Below are positions 22,896 to 32,000 of a DNA stretch of 32,000 bases, piece by piece. Under the pieces are notes generated by a model. That model saw nothing but the letters and a program-made list of their open reading frames with translations. It ran no database searches and was not told where the DNA came from. This DNA is from Wolbachia endosymbiont strain TRS of Brugia malayi. Lineage in GTDB: Bacteria > Pseudomonadota > Alphaproteobacteria > Rickettsiales > Anaplasmataceae. The stretch's first letter is position 1. Every line of letters begins with the position of its first letter. The position numbers and the translations under genes are program-made. The stretch covers positions 1,020,001 to 1,052,000 of the forward strand of contig NC_006833.1 of the NCBI RefSeq assembly GCF_000008385.1. Reading direction: 5' to 3'.

Positions 22896-22924
22896 TTGAC
22901 ATGAAAAAGTAAACATTACATAGT
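22896..22924 (+). promoter_or_regulatory. sigma70-like promoter candidate
   Basis: TTGACA (22896-22901), 17 nt spacer, CATAGT (22919-22924). Confidence 0.4.
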
Positions 22925-22984
22925 AAAGTTATCTTTCATATTTTTCCTCACTTAACTTAGTTAAGTGTAATTATTTAATAACTT

Positions 22985-23020
22985 GCGGCACTATTTAAGT
23001 AGTGCCGTATTGTTTTCTTG
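22985..23020 (+). terminator. rho-independent terminator-like hairpin
   Basis: CGGCACTA (22986-22993)-TTTAAG-TAGTGCCG (23000-23007), perfect 8 bp stem, extendable by a G:T and T:A pair, followed by T-rich TATTGTTTTCTTGTTTAT. Confidence 0.6.
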
Positions 23021-23201
23021 TTTATATCTTTAACAGGTAAATAAGTGGTGTTGTCCTAACGGATAGTACTGGAACCTAAAGACTTGTTTAGTCTACGGAG
23101 ACTAGATTTCGATACTTGGATAACACTAAAGATATAACCTGTATACCCCTAATGCAGTAGGAGCAAGCTAAAACCATATTTTCACCTCAAAGGAGGCTAT
23201 T

Positions 23202-23837
23202 TTGTCACTTACTAATATTACTGATCGTGTTAGTGAATTAGCTTCATCATGGGAGCAATTTAAATTAACAAATGATCACAGACTAAAAGAAATCAAAAGC
23301 AAAGGATGCACTGACTCTGCAACAGTTGAGTAGTTATGCAAAATAAATAGTGATATCGATAATTGCAAAGAACGCTTTAATTTAATCAAAACTGCAGCAT
23401 AGCGTCCAGAAGTAGGTGCAGACTTTAGTACAGGCAACAAACATTTTTCTGATTATGTCCTCAAGGGAATAGAAAGCTGTTTATCACACAAAACTCTCAG
23501 TGGTGATGATGATAATATTAGAAGATATCTAGTTATTCCGCATATTGTAAAAAGTACAAACAAGCATGTAATTGATTCGTCTCCAATGCGACAAATACGT
23601 TCCAGCCAAAGAATCTCTACTGAAATATTGGATTATATTATAGAAGATCACGACCATGCTGGTGCAGGTTGGAGTGGTAAAACAGTAGAGAGTGAGAATA
23701 GGAAAGAAAAACCCAAGATAATTTTACAGAAAATGCAGCTATACCTAAAACCCAAAAGATTTCCATCACAACTTACAAGTTATATGCCTAACCACAGATA
23801 TCATACCGCGATTCATTTGCAGTATCTTATCCACTAA
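23202..23837 (+). pseudogene. HK97-type phage/gene-transfer-agent major capsid protein relic
   Basis: AGGAGG (23191-23196) then TTG start; one frame reads LTNITDRVSELASSWEQFKLTNDHRLKEIKSKGCTDSATVE*LCKINSDIDNCKERFNLIKTAA*RPEVG…HFSDYVLKGIESCLSHKTLSGDDDNIRRYLVIPHIVKSTNKHVIDSSPMRQIRSSQRISTEILDYII; matches the HK97 capsid pattern (F..Y…G, YLVPP.I, SPMR…., ISTD). Confidence 0.75.
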
Positions 23838-23999
23838 CAAGCAGTAGAATGACGATTATTGGTATCACTTTAGCTATAAAATTTAAGAAAATATCTAAGA
23901 AATTTATTAAATAATCAAGAGAAAGGCAAAAGGAACACTTGATCATTATCTGTTTTCAGTATCGGCGTTTTTTCAGTCTTAAAAGTTGCAATTTAGCTG

Positions 24000-24195
24000 C
24001 TTTTTAAAGCAAATAACCTTAGCTTTAATGTTTAAGGAACTTACCAGGCAAAAAAAACTGGAGTAGCTAGTTACTAACTCTTTATTTTAAAAATTTGACG
24101 TTGGGTGACATCTTAAACGTTTTATAAGCGCACTTCAGCTTATATAGGTAAGAACCTAGATTTTAAAGGTATAAGGTGCAAATAGTGCGAAAAAT
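24000..24195 (-). repeat. dispersed palindrome-containing repeat, copy 2 (inverted)
   Basis: Reverse complement reads GCACCTTATACCTTTAAAATCTAGGTTCTTACCTATATAAGCTGAAGTGCGCTTATAAAACGTTTAAGATGTCACCCAACGTCAAATTTTTAAAAT…GTTTTTTTTGCCTGGTAAGTTCCTTAA, closely matching copies 1 and 3. Confidence 0.7.
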
Positions 24196-24419
24196 TAAAA
24201 CAGCAGCATACCAAATATAAGGTTTTCTTGCCATTTTAATCTGCACAGATCGAGAAGCTATAAATAGCTCCACTACTATGATGAAAAAGCTAGCAAAGTG
24301 TGTTAAGTAATTTTTTGCATTTTTGTAAGCTATTTGAGTGATACCGTAGGTTACTAAACGATAGAGAATTTTACAAAAATTCATTTCTAACTTACACTAC
24401 AACTTTAAACCTACAACTT

Positions 24420-25934
24420 ATGTGCAACAGGCTTATAATCAAATCCTTGTCAGTGTTATGCATCTTCTTGCTTGCCTTATACGTAATACTGCCAAACTTC
24501 TTTAATAATAAGTTTTTTATCTCAAAAAAGAGAATAAGCTTAGGGCTTGACTTAAAAGGTGGATCATCTTTACTTCTTAATGTAGATTTGGATTTCTATT
24601 TCAAAGAAAAGTTGGGTATGTTAGCCGATGAGATAAAAGAAAGCCTGCTGATAAAAAACATTGAATCCAGCGTACAAAGCGGTAAACAAGTAGTTGTGAT
24701 TTTAAATAATATTGATGACTATAAAAAAGTTTCAGCATTAGTTTACAAAATAAACCCAAATTTAGAGCTGAATAGAAAAAGTACCTCGATTCTCATTTCA
24801 TACAAGCCTTATTATAAGAATTCTCTAATCAATGAAGTAATTTCAGAGTCGATAAGTAATGTCCAAAGACGTTTAGATAAGCTTGGTACTAAGGAAGTAA
24901 GTGTGCAAAAACAAGGACAGAATAAGATATTAGTTCAAGTACCTGGAGTAGAAGACACGGAACAAATAAAATCTCTGCTTGGCAAAACTGCCAAGCTAGC
25001 TTTCCATTTAGTAAACACTAACGTAGCCAAAATGCAGGATGTAGACCATAAAACGATTGTCATACTCAAGGATTCTCTAGGCAATTCTTACCCAATATTC
25101 CGCAAGACTGAAATAGGCGGTGATTCTCTGGTTAACGCATCAGTTAGATCTGGTTCACTTGGTAAACCAACAGTACATTTTAAATTTGACAGCATAGCGA
25201 GTAAAAGATTCGCGAAAATCACTAAAGAAAACGTGGGAAAACCCTTTGCAATTGTTTTAGATAACACAGTTTTAACTGTGCCAACAATACGTGAACCAAT
25301 TCTAAACGGAGAGGGAGAAATTAGTGGCAATTTCACTGAAAAACAAGCAAGTGAGCTTGCAATACTTTTAAAATCTGGCGCATTGCCAGCACCACTTAAA
25401 ATAATAGAAGAAAAAAACATTGGTCCAAGTCTTGGAGAAGAGTCAATAAAAGCAGGAGAAATAGCAGTGATAATCTCTATCGTAGCCGTTGCTTTATTTA
25501 TCATTATGATTTACGGCAAGTTAGGTTTATTGGCCTCTGTTGCACTGCTTTTTAATGTAATCTCTATACTATTAATTCTCACCTTACTTGAAGCAACTCT
25601 TACTCTACCTGGAATTGCCGGCATTGCGCTAACTGTTGGTATGTCGGTAGACGCAAATGTTTTGATATTTGAACGCATTCGTGAAGAAATAAGATCCGGA
25701 AAAAGAATAGTTCGCGCCATTGAAGAAGGATTTAAGAATGCAATAAAGACAATCCTTGATTCAAATATCACTACGTTAATTGCTGCTGGGATAATGTTCG
25801 TTATTGGCAGCGGAACAATCAGAGGCTTTTCTATTACCTTATCAATAGGAATCTTATGTTCGATGTTTTCTGCAATTACAGTCACAAAACTTCTAGTAGA
25901 ATTATGTGTTGATCCAAAGAAATTGGTGCTTTAA
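24420..25934 (+). CDS. secD: protein translocase subunit SecD
   Basis: 504 aa ORF, GLDLKGGSSLLLNVD, VQVPGVEDTEQIK, GEGEISGNFTEKQASELAILLKSGALPAPL, GMSVDANVLIFERIREE. Confidence 0.97.
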   Translation: MCNRLIIKSLSVLCIFLLALYVILPNFFNNKFFISKKRISLGLDLKGGSSLLLNVDLDFYFKEKLGMLADEIKESLLIKNIESSVQSGKQVVVILNNIDDYKKVSALVYKINPNLELNRKSTSILISYKPYYKNSLINEVISESISNVQRRLDKLGTKEVSVQKQGQNKILVQVPGVEDTEQIKSLLGKTAKLAFHLVNTNVAKMQDVDHKTIVILKDSLGNSYPIFRKTEIGGDSLVNASVRSGSLGKPTVHFKFDSIASKRFAKITKENVGKPFAIVLDNTVLTVPTIREPILNGEGEISGNFTEKQASELAILLKSGALPAPLKIIEEKNIGPSLGEESIKAGEIAVIISIVAVALFIIMIYGKLGLLASVALLFNVISILLILTLLEATLTLPGIAGIALTVGMSVDANVLIFERIREEIRSGKRIVRAIEEGFKNAIKTILDSNITTLIAAGIMFVIGSGTIRGFSITLSIGILCSMFSAITVTKLLVELCVDPKKLVL

Positions 25935-25966
25935 GTCACTAAGTCCTTGTCTTTACCTTCAACGCT

Positions 25967-26298
25967 TTAAGGATCAGTTGATCCAAGAGTACTATTAGGT
26001 TGTAGTCCATCTTTATCAGATTCCCCTATAGGGTAAGTGTTCTTTTCCTGCGAGGTAAAATATTCCTTTATTTTTTTAACCGCAGGCATGATGATATATT
26101 CTGTTACAAGGAAACTTGCAATCAATGAACAACTTCTATTGATCCATCAAGTTCAGCAGCTAATTCTATATTTAATATTACACTAGGAGTAGCATTTACA
26201 GCTGCGCTAAGGCCAACTTCCATTACCATGCTAAAAATATACTCTACACTAAGAAAACTGCACCCTGATTGTTTTTTATCTGGCGGTTGATCAAACAT
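25967..26298 (-). pseudogene. frameshifted hydrophobic hypothetical protein
   Basis: Minus strand: MFDQPPDKKQSGCSFLSVEYIFSMVMEVGLSAAVNATPSVILNIELAAELDGSIEVVH, frameshift near 26139, then SLIASFLVTEYIIMPAVKKIKEYFTSQEKNTYPIGESDKDGLQPNSTLGSTDP*. Confidence 0.55.
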
Positions 26299-26631
26299 TT
26301 AAAAAAAATCACATAGTAAACATATTAAATAGTACAAAAACGTTGTAGAAACAACAGCAGCAATATTACAATACAGCAAATGGTGATAAAGACATCAACC
26401 CTGGTATACAACCTAAAAACGCACCTATTACAATACCTAGACTACCTACTATAACTGCTGTATATGTTATATCCAATATTACGTCTATTTTATTCCTTGC
26501 CGTACTATTCACATCTTCAACACCTAATTAATAACAAAATGCTACTTAATTTTTTCTGATTTATCAAGTTATTCTACCCATCAATCTAATTCCAAAGCAG
26601 CGAAATTGTTGTATAATTTCACTTTCAAGTT

Positions 26632-27825
26632 TTGTTTCCAATGCATAAGTTCGCAATACTCTTTTCTATACTACTTGCAATAGTTGCTTACCATCTAAAC
26701 AATGAAGTTGCATTTGAAGTAGCAAGGCTATTTAGTGGTATATTTATCAGTCTGTTAAAATTAATAAGCTTACCCTTGGTTTTTCTATCTATAGTATCCA
26801 CAATTTCTGGGCTTAAAGATTCAATCGAAATTAAAACCTTAGTTAAGAAAACACTATTTTATACGCTGCTTACAACTATTATAGCTGCATTTGTTGCTTT
26901 ATCATTTTATCTGCTAATAGATCCAGTAAGAAAAAACTTCATAAGTAACACGATAGAAAGTGCGAGCAATAGCAATTATAATTACTTTTCATATTTGAAA
27001 TTACTCATTCCTTCAAATTTTATGCAAGTTTTTCTCAAAAATAACACTATTGGTAGCATATTGATCGCTTTTTTGATGGGTAGAGCCATTATTTCACTTC
27101 CAAAAGGAAAACAAGATATATTACACCAGGTATTCTCTGCACTGTTTGACACGCTACTTAAAATTGCTCAATGGTTATTAAAGTTTATCCCACTTGCTGT
27201 ATGGTCTTTTATCACATGTTTTTTGCATGAATTAAAAGGTGGCAGCGAATTTTATAGTCTTTTGTGGTATTTTGCTTGCATAATGTCTGCAAATTCCGTG
27301 CAAGCGTTTCTGATTTTACCGCTACTTATGTGGTGTAAGGGCATATCACCAATTCAAACACTAAGGGGAGTCATGCCAGCATTGACGCTTGCGTTTTTCT
27401 CTAAATCATCCAGTGCAACACTGCCTACAACCATAGACTGCGTGCAAAATAAGCTAAAAGTGCCAAAAAAATTGTCGTCTTTTATTTTACCAATATGCAC
27501 AACAATCAATATGAATGCATGTGCCACGTTTATTTTGATTACAGTAATGTTTGTTGCAGAGATGAATGGGTGCACATTTTCCTTGAGCGAAATATTCATA
27601 TGGATTTTTTTAGCTACAGGCGCTGCAATTGGCAACGCTGGAGTACCGATGGGATGCTATTTTATGGCAACTAGTTATCTCGTATCGATGAACGTTCCTC
27701 TGTACATTATGGGACTAATTTTGCCTATTTACACGATCATCGATATGTTTGAAACTGCTATAAATGTCTGGTCTGATGTTTGTGTAACCCAGATAATTAA
27801 TAAAGAATATAAGGGTGAAATCTAA
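26632..27825 (+). CDS. dicarboxylate/amino acid:cation (DAACS family) symporter
   Basis: 397 aa membrane ORF; SLPLVFLSIVSTISGL, FFSKSSSATLPTTIDC, PICTTINMNACATFI, GAAIGNAGVPMG, IIDMFETAINVWSDV motifs of the GltP/DctA fold. Confidence 0.92.
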   Translation: MFPMHKFAILFSILLAIVAYHLNNEVAFEVARLFSGIFISLLKLISLPLVFLSIVSTISGLKDSIEIKTLVKKTLFYTLLTTIIAAFVALSFYLLIDPVRKNFISNTIESASNSNYNYFSYLKLLIPSNFMQVFLKNNTIGSILIAFLMGRAIISLPKGKQDILHQVFSALFDTLLKIAQWLLKFIPLAVWSFITCFLHELKGGSEFYSLLWYFACIMSANSVQAFLILPLLMWCKGISPIQTLRGVMPALTLAFFSKSSSATLPTTIDCVQNKLKVPKKLSSFILPICTTINMNACATFILITVMFVAEMNGCTFSLSEIFIWIFLATGAAIGNAGVPMGCYFMATSYLVSMNVPLYIMGLILPIYTIIDMFETAINVWSDVCVTQIINKEYKGEI

Positions 27826-27827
27826 AA

Positions 27828-28433
27828 ATGATGTTAGACAAAGAGAACCCAATAATAAAAGAATTTGAGGAAGCCGGAGCAATTTTGCATGGGCATTTTG
27901 TGCTGTCATCAGGGCTGCACAGTGATACATACACACAATGCGCTAAGATTTTTGAGAATCCAAGTAGAGCAATGAAAGTCTGTGAGCTACTGGCAAATAA
28001 AATAAAAAAAGAGCTAAACAGCTCCATAGATTTAATACTCTCTCCTGCAATTGGTGGGATAATTGTTGGCTATGAAATTGGCAGGCAACTTAGAATGAAA
28101 ACAATGTTTTGCGAGCGCGTTAATGGCAAGTTTGAACTGCGCCGTGGATTTGAGATTAAACGAGGTGAGAAAATATTACTAGTTGAAGATGTAATAACTA
28201 CAGGCAAATCTTCACTTGAAGCTGTGAAATGTGCAGAAGATATGGGAGGTAAAGTCGTTGCTGAAGCTTCCCTAATAAAGAGAAATAGTGAAACAAAATT
28301 ACCTTTTTCTATCATATCTTTACTTGAGCTCAGCATTAAAAATTACAGTGAAGCAGAGCTTCCTGAAGAATTGAAAAAACTGCCTATAATCAAACCAGGG
28401 AGCAGAGAATATTTAAGTAATTGTTCAAAGTAA
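27828..28433 (+). CDS. pyrE: orotate phosphoribosyltransferase
   Basis: 201 aa ORF; HFVLSSGLHSDTYTQCA, SPAIGGIIVGYEIGR, PRPP-binding LLVEDVITTGKSS. Confidence 0.96.
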   Translation: MMLDKENPIIKEFEEAGAILHGHFVLSSGLHSDTYTQCAKIFENPSRAMKVCELLANKIKKELNSSIDLILSPAIGGIIVGYEIGRQLRMKTMFCERVNGKFELRRGFEIKRGEKILLVEDVITTGKSSLEAVKCAEDMGGKVVAEASLIKRNSETKLPFSIISLLELSIKNYSEAELPEELKKLPIIKPGSREYLSNCSK

Positions 28434-28482
28434 TCTTATTTTCAATATCATCTAAGTAACTCATAGAAATGCAAAAATTTGC

Positions 28483-28510
28483 TTGACAGGTTTAATAGTC
28501 TTCTTATCAT
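28483..28510 (+). promoter_or_regulatory. sigma70-like promoter candidate
   Basis: TTGACA (28483-28488), 16 nt spacer, TATCAT (28505-28510). Confidence 0.4.
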
Positions 28511-28542
28511 AGTATTAAAGCTATTTATTTATCTTCATAATC

Positions 28543-28840
28543 TGTGCAGGTCAATGACAAAAAATTTAGGGTATTAGGTGTATTATATTTAATTTTTTGT
28601 ACTATATGTACCTTATGTCTTTGTAAATCTGGGTTTTTATCTATATAAGCATGAAATATGCTTATATAGCGTTTAAGATAGTAGAAAATGTCAAATTGAT
28701 AAGGGAATACTTGAATACTAGCTATCTTAGGGTTTTTTGCCTTTTTTCCTGCTTAGATAAGTTTCTTAACATTAGGTTAGATAAAAATAGCCGAATCACA
28801 GCGTTTAGAATAGAAAACGCCAATATTTGAGGTACATATG
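28543..28840 (+). repeat. dispersed palindrome-containing repeat, copy 3
   Basis: Contains a perfect 12 bp stem CTATATAAGCAT-GAAAT-ATGCTTATATAG (28641-28669) and shared flanking sequence with copies 1 and 2. Confidence 0.7.
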
Positions 28841-29190
28841 GATAACTAGCCAACCACAGGGGTTTCTTTTACCTTCTTTTCTATTTGTTAAATTTCTTAG
28901 TATTTGTAGCTGAAGCAATTTAGGAACAAACGAAAATAGTGTCACGCACTAGTATGACAAGAAGAGGGTACTGGAATGACAGGAGAAGGAAGCACTGAGG
29001 TAACAAATAAAGAGATATTAGAATTACACTCTTCCCCTTTAGACGGTTAAATCACGACATTTATGTAGTCATGTGTCAGCTATTTTCATGACAGGAAGAA
29101 AGTGCTGAATTACGTATCCATTCAGCGGAGTAGCAAAATAAGATAGACAAGGTAGTATAAAAGATAACGATAGAGCAAAAGTGAGGTAAT

Positions 29191-30360
29191 ATGGTAAATC
29201 TTTTAGAACTTTACAGAAGTCTGGAGCAGAAAATAGCAAAGTTAGAAACAAAAATAGAAAGATTGGAAAGAGAGAATGAAAGTCTAAAGGCAGAGAACAA
29301 GACTTTGAAGATAGAAAATGCTGAGTTAAAGGAAAAGCTCGGTTTAAATTCAAAAAATTCATTATGTGATAAACCATACATCCACCAAGTTGATCTTCCG
29401 AAGATCGAGTCTTATGTAATGGAATATCAACTTACCGGAAGGTGTTATACCAGACACATTTAGGCCAAGGGTTAAGTTGATAATTGCAGCATTCAGCAAG
29501 TTTTATAAAAATTCGAAATATGGAATAGCGAATATTATAATGACATTTTCAATGTGAACATAAGTGTTGGTAGCATATCAAACAGTGAACATAGAATAGC
29601 TTCAAAATGTGAAGAAATGTATTAGCAGATTAAACAAGAAGTAAGTACAAGCAAAGTTCTTTATATTGACGAAACCAGCCATTACAATAAAGGTAAGCTT
29701 AGTTAGTGCTGGATGTTTACAAGTAATACGGCAAGTTTTGTAAAGTTGACAGAGTTAAGAGGAATGAAAGTTTAAAAAAATAGTAAATTCTGCAATTGTC
29801 ATAGCTTAGTAATAACTAACAGGTATGCAGCATACGGTTATTTTACTGATAAAAAGAGACAGATTTGTTGGACTCATTTATCAAGAGATTTTGAAAGATT
29901 AGCCTATAGTTGTAACAGAGAAGTCAAAGTTCTCGCCTGTTATTTAAGAAACGTTGCTGCTGAGTTATTTGCACTAAAAGAGCCTTACTAAAGAATGAGA
30001 TAGATATTTTAAGATTTGTCAGGCGTACCAGAAAATTGTGAAAGTGCACAAGGTATTACTTGAAGGAGATATCCCAGTTACCTAAAACAATTGGAGCCTC
30101 TCGAGTTGCAAAAAATATTTTGAAGTTGAAAGGACGATGTGGAAATTTTTGGATGAACCAGGAAACATTCTGCTAACGAACAACCATACTGAACGGCAAA
30201 CACTGCATTATATCGTTTATACAAAAATCCATATTTTACATAATCGGGACAAAGAAATGCATTTTTTGAATGGGTAATTTCATTATACTTAACATGGAAA
30301 CAAAAGGAGCTAAATCCTTTCCATAATCTCCTATCTATCGTCTCTCACACCGCTTAGCTG
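29191..30360 (+). mobile_element. decayed IS66-family transposase
   Basis: N-terminal coiled-coil LETKIERLERENESLKAENKTLKIENAELKEKLGLNSKNS; C-terminal segment KFLDEPGNILLTNNHTERQTLHYIVYTKIHILHNRDKEMHFLNG..ISLYLTWKQK; many frame changes. Confidence 0.85.
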
Positions 30361-30522
30361 AATGGATATAGAAAATAAATTTATTAATAATATACGTAAA
30401 TATTTAACAAACCGTGGACTCAATGAAAAACTTGAACTAGAAGACTACCTTGATAAAGGTGATATTACCAAAAGTTTGATCGGAATAGAACTGAGGTCCA
30501 CCAATGAAGAGTATATACAAGT

Positions 30523-31071
30523 TTAAGTTGATAGAGAAAGAAAAATTATTCTTGCTATACCGTAAGTACGTTCCAAGATTACACTAAAGTTTTTACTGCA
30601 CTGAAAATCTTCGTTTTTTCTAACCTCTAAAATTATCAATGCATCGTCACTTAACCATCCTGAATTAGCCAATCCGTCTAAAGTTGAGTTAACTAGATTA
30701 CTATAATAAGGCGGATCTATAAAAACTATGTCACATTTTGAAACAGGTTTTGGCAATGCGTTAGCACTGCAACAAATTAGTGTAATACTGTCTGTAATAC
30801 CAAGATCTTTTGCTGTTTTTTCAGGTAATTGCAAATTGTAATAGTCTAAATCTACTATGAATGCATGTTTGGCACCGCGAGAAAGCGCTTCAAATGAAAA
30901 AGAACCACTTCCACAGAATAAATCAAGTATATTCAAGTTGTAAATAATTTTTTTCGAGGAGAGTATGTTAAATACTGCTTCTCGGACAATGCTCATAGTT
31001 GGTCGCGCAGCTAAATGCTTGCCTGTGGCTATTCTTCTTCCACGATACTTTCCTGCAATAATACGCAGCAT
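30523..31071 (-). CDS. rsmD: 16S rRNA (guanine(966)-N(2))-methyltransferase RsmD
   Basis: 182 aa ORF; MLRIIAGKYRGRRI, RPTMSIVREAVFNIL, NILDLFCGSGSFSFEALSRGA, DIVFIDPPYY motifs. Confidence 0.95.
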   Translation of the reverse strand: MLRIIAGKYRGRRIATGKHLAARPTMSIVREAVFNILSSKKIIYNLNILDLFCGSGSFSFEALSRGAKHAFIVDLDYYNLQLPEKTAKDLGITDSITLICCSANALPKPVSKCDIVFIDPPYYSNLVNSTLDGLANSGWLSDDALIILEVRKNEDFQCSKNFSVILERTYGIARIIFLSLST

Positions 31072-31187
31072 ACTAAATGAGCTCCAAAGTAACTAATTAT
31101 TTAACAATACATAATTAATGTCAATACGACTTTAGCAGATTAATAAGAAGATACCACCAGAATTGCTTACATCAAACACAAGATCAA

Positions 31188-31835
31188 TCAATCACTTTTT
31201 TTTGATTTATCAACTATATCGATTGCATGACCAATCTCATCCTGTAAGTCATCATGGTCATCCCTTTCATCATGGGTTAATCCTTCAATTCTGCTTTCTA
31301 ACTCCAACTTAATCATAGTATTAATTTTGTCTATGTTATTGAGAAAGCTTTTACATTCTTCATCGCTATATTTCTCACCAGATGCCCTTTTTTCGATAAA
31401 TAGACTTTTAAATTCTGCTAAATTAGAATTCTGATCATTATTGAGTACAACATTTCTCTCGATGAAGCTAAGATCTGACAGCAGTAAACTAACCTCTAAT
31501 AGATCTTCGCTTTTAATGTCTACAAGATCATCAAGATTGTTTAAAACATCAAGCACCTTAAGCTCTTCCTGCACAATTTCTCGATCTTCCTGATCAAATT
31601 CAGACAACAATCCTCTATCATTTATGAGTTTCTCACTAAGGGCTTTATCTAGCTTTGAAAGATTAATGTCATTTTGTTTAGTGTTATCCAGCAATAAGTC
31701 CACTCTTGCTCTGCGCGCATTCAAAACGTCATTATAGTCATTTAACTTTATGTTACCATAATCGTCTTGTTGCAGTTTATAATAATCAAAGCCCTTGAAA
31801 TTTTTTTTACTAGCTTTCATTGTTATCCTATTCAC
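31188..31835 (-). CDS. hypothetical protein, acidic/coiled-coil-like
   Basis: 215 aa ORF (GTG start at 31835, or ATG at 31820); no recognised domain. Confidence 0.65.
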   Translation of the reverse strand: MNRITMKASKKNFKGFDYYKLQQDDYGNIKLNDYNDVLNARRARVDLLLDNTKQNDINLSKLDKALSEKLINDRGLLSEFDQEDREIVQEELKVLDVLNNLDDLVDIKSEDLLEVSLLLSDLSFIERNVVLNNDQNSNLAEFKSLFIEKRASGEKYSDEECKSFLNNIDKINTMIKLELESRIEGLTHDERDDHDDLQDEIGHAIDIVDKSKKSD

Positions 31836-32000
31836 TATTTCTATCTTTTGTTAGCTTATTCGATACACCTCTTTTTATTAATTCATTCGATAGATTCCTG
31901 TCTTGTTTTAAACCTGGTGTATTAGGTTGACTGTTATCATCTTTATCTTTATACCTCTCCGGTTTCCTCTTGCGCCCTATGGTGTCATCATGAAGTTTTT
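31828..32000 (-). CDS. C-terminus of a hypothetical protein, truncated by window edge
   Basis: Open minus-strand frame …KLHDDTIGRKRKPERYKDKDDNSQPNTPGLKQDRNLSNELIKRGVSNKLTKDRNSE*; stop overlaps the next gene's possible GTG start (GTGAATAG). Confidence 0.5.
   Translation of the reverse strand, partial: KLHDDTIGRKRKPERYKDKDDNSQPNTPGLKQDRNLSNELIKRGVSNKLTKDRNSE

Noticed and set aside
23040-23180. Possible tRNA or structured RNA between pyrF and the capsid relic
   Set aside because: No cloverleaf, TTCRANY T-loop or acceptor pairing could be assembled.
25088-25885. Two long minus-strand ORFs antisense to secD
   Set aside because: Mirror-frame artefacts of the SecD coding sequence; no domain content.
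29069-29377. Minus-strand 102 aa ORF (SLSLPLDFHSLFPIFLFLFLT…)
   Set aside because: Antisense of the IS66 N-terminal coiled-coil; hydrophobicity results from reverse-translating E/K-rich codons.
1-32000. CRISPR array, retron or toxin-antitoxin system
   Set aside because: No regularly spaced direct repeats, no reverse transcriptase-like ORF, and no intact small gene pair with recognisable toxin/antitoxin motifs was seen; the right-edge pair is unassigned.

Overview
AT-rich chromosomal window with the look of a Wolbachia/Anaplasmataceae genome (inferred from protein style, gene content and the density of decayed insertion sequences; no database search was run). Intact housekeeping genes: petC and petB (-), hemC and murB (+), a secreted-type hypothetical protein followed by ispG (+), dnaJ (+), valS (+), pyrF (+), secD (+), a dicarboxylate/amino-acid:cation symporter and pyrE (+), rsmD (-), and a hypothetical gene pair at the right edge (-). 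The intergenic stretches are filled with gene relics: IS5-, IS630- (two different) and IS66-family transposases, a DUF1016/YhcG-like PDDEXK nuclease relic, an HK97-type phage/GTA major capsid relic with two in-frame TAGs, two related membrane + coiled-coil protein relics, several other frameshifted Wolbachia-type hypothetical genes, and a dispersed palindrome-containing repeat present at least three times. I found no CRISPR array, no rRNA or tRNA, and no intact multi-gene accessory system. The most follow-up-worthy signals are the paired TM/coiled-coil relics, the capsid relic, the nuclease relic, the dispersed hairpin repeat, and a promoter + two-hairpin + terminator-like block downstream of pyrF that could be a small RNA.
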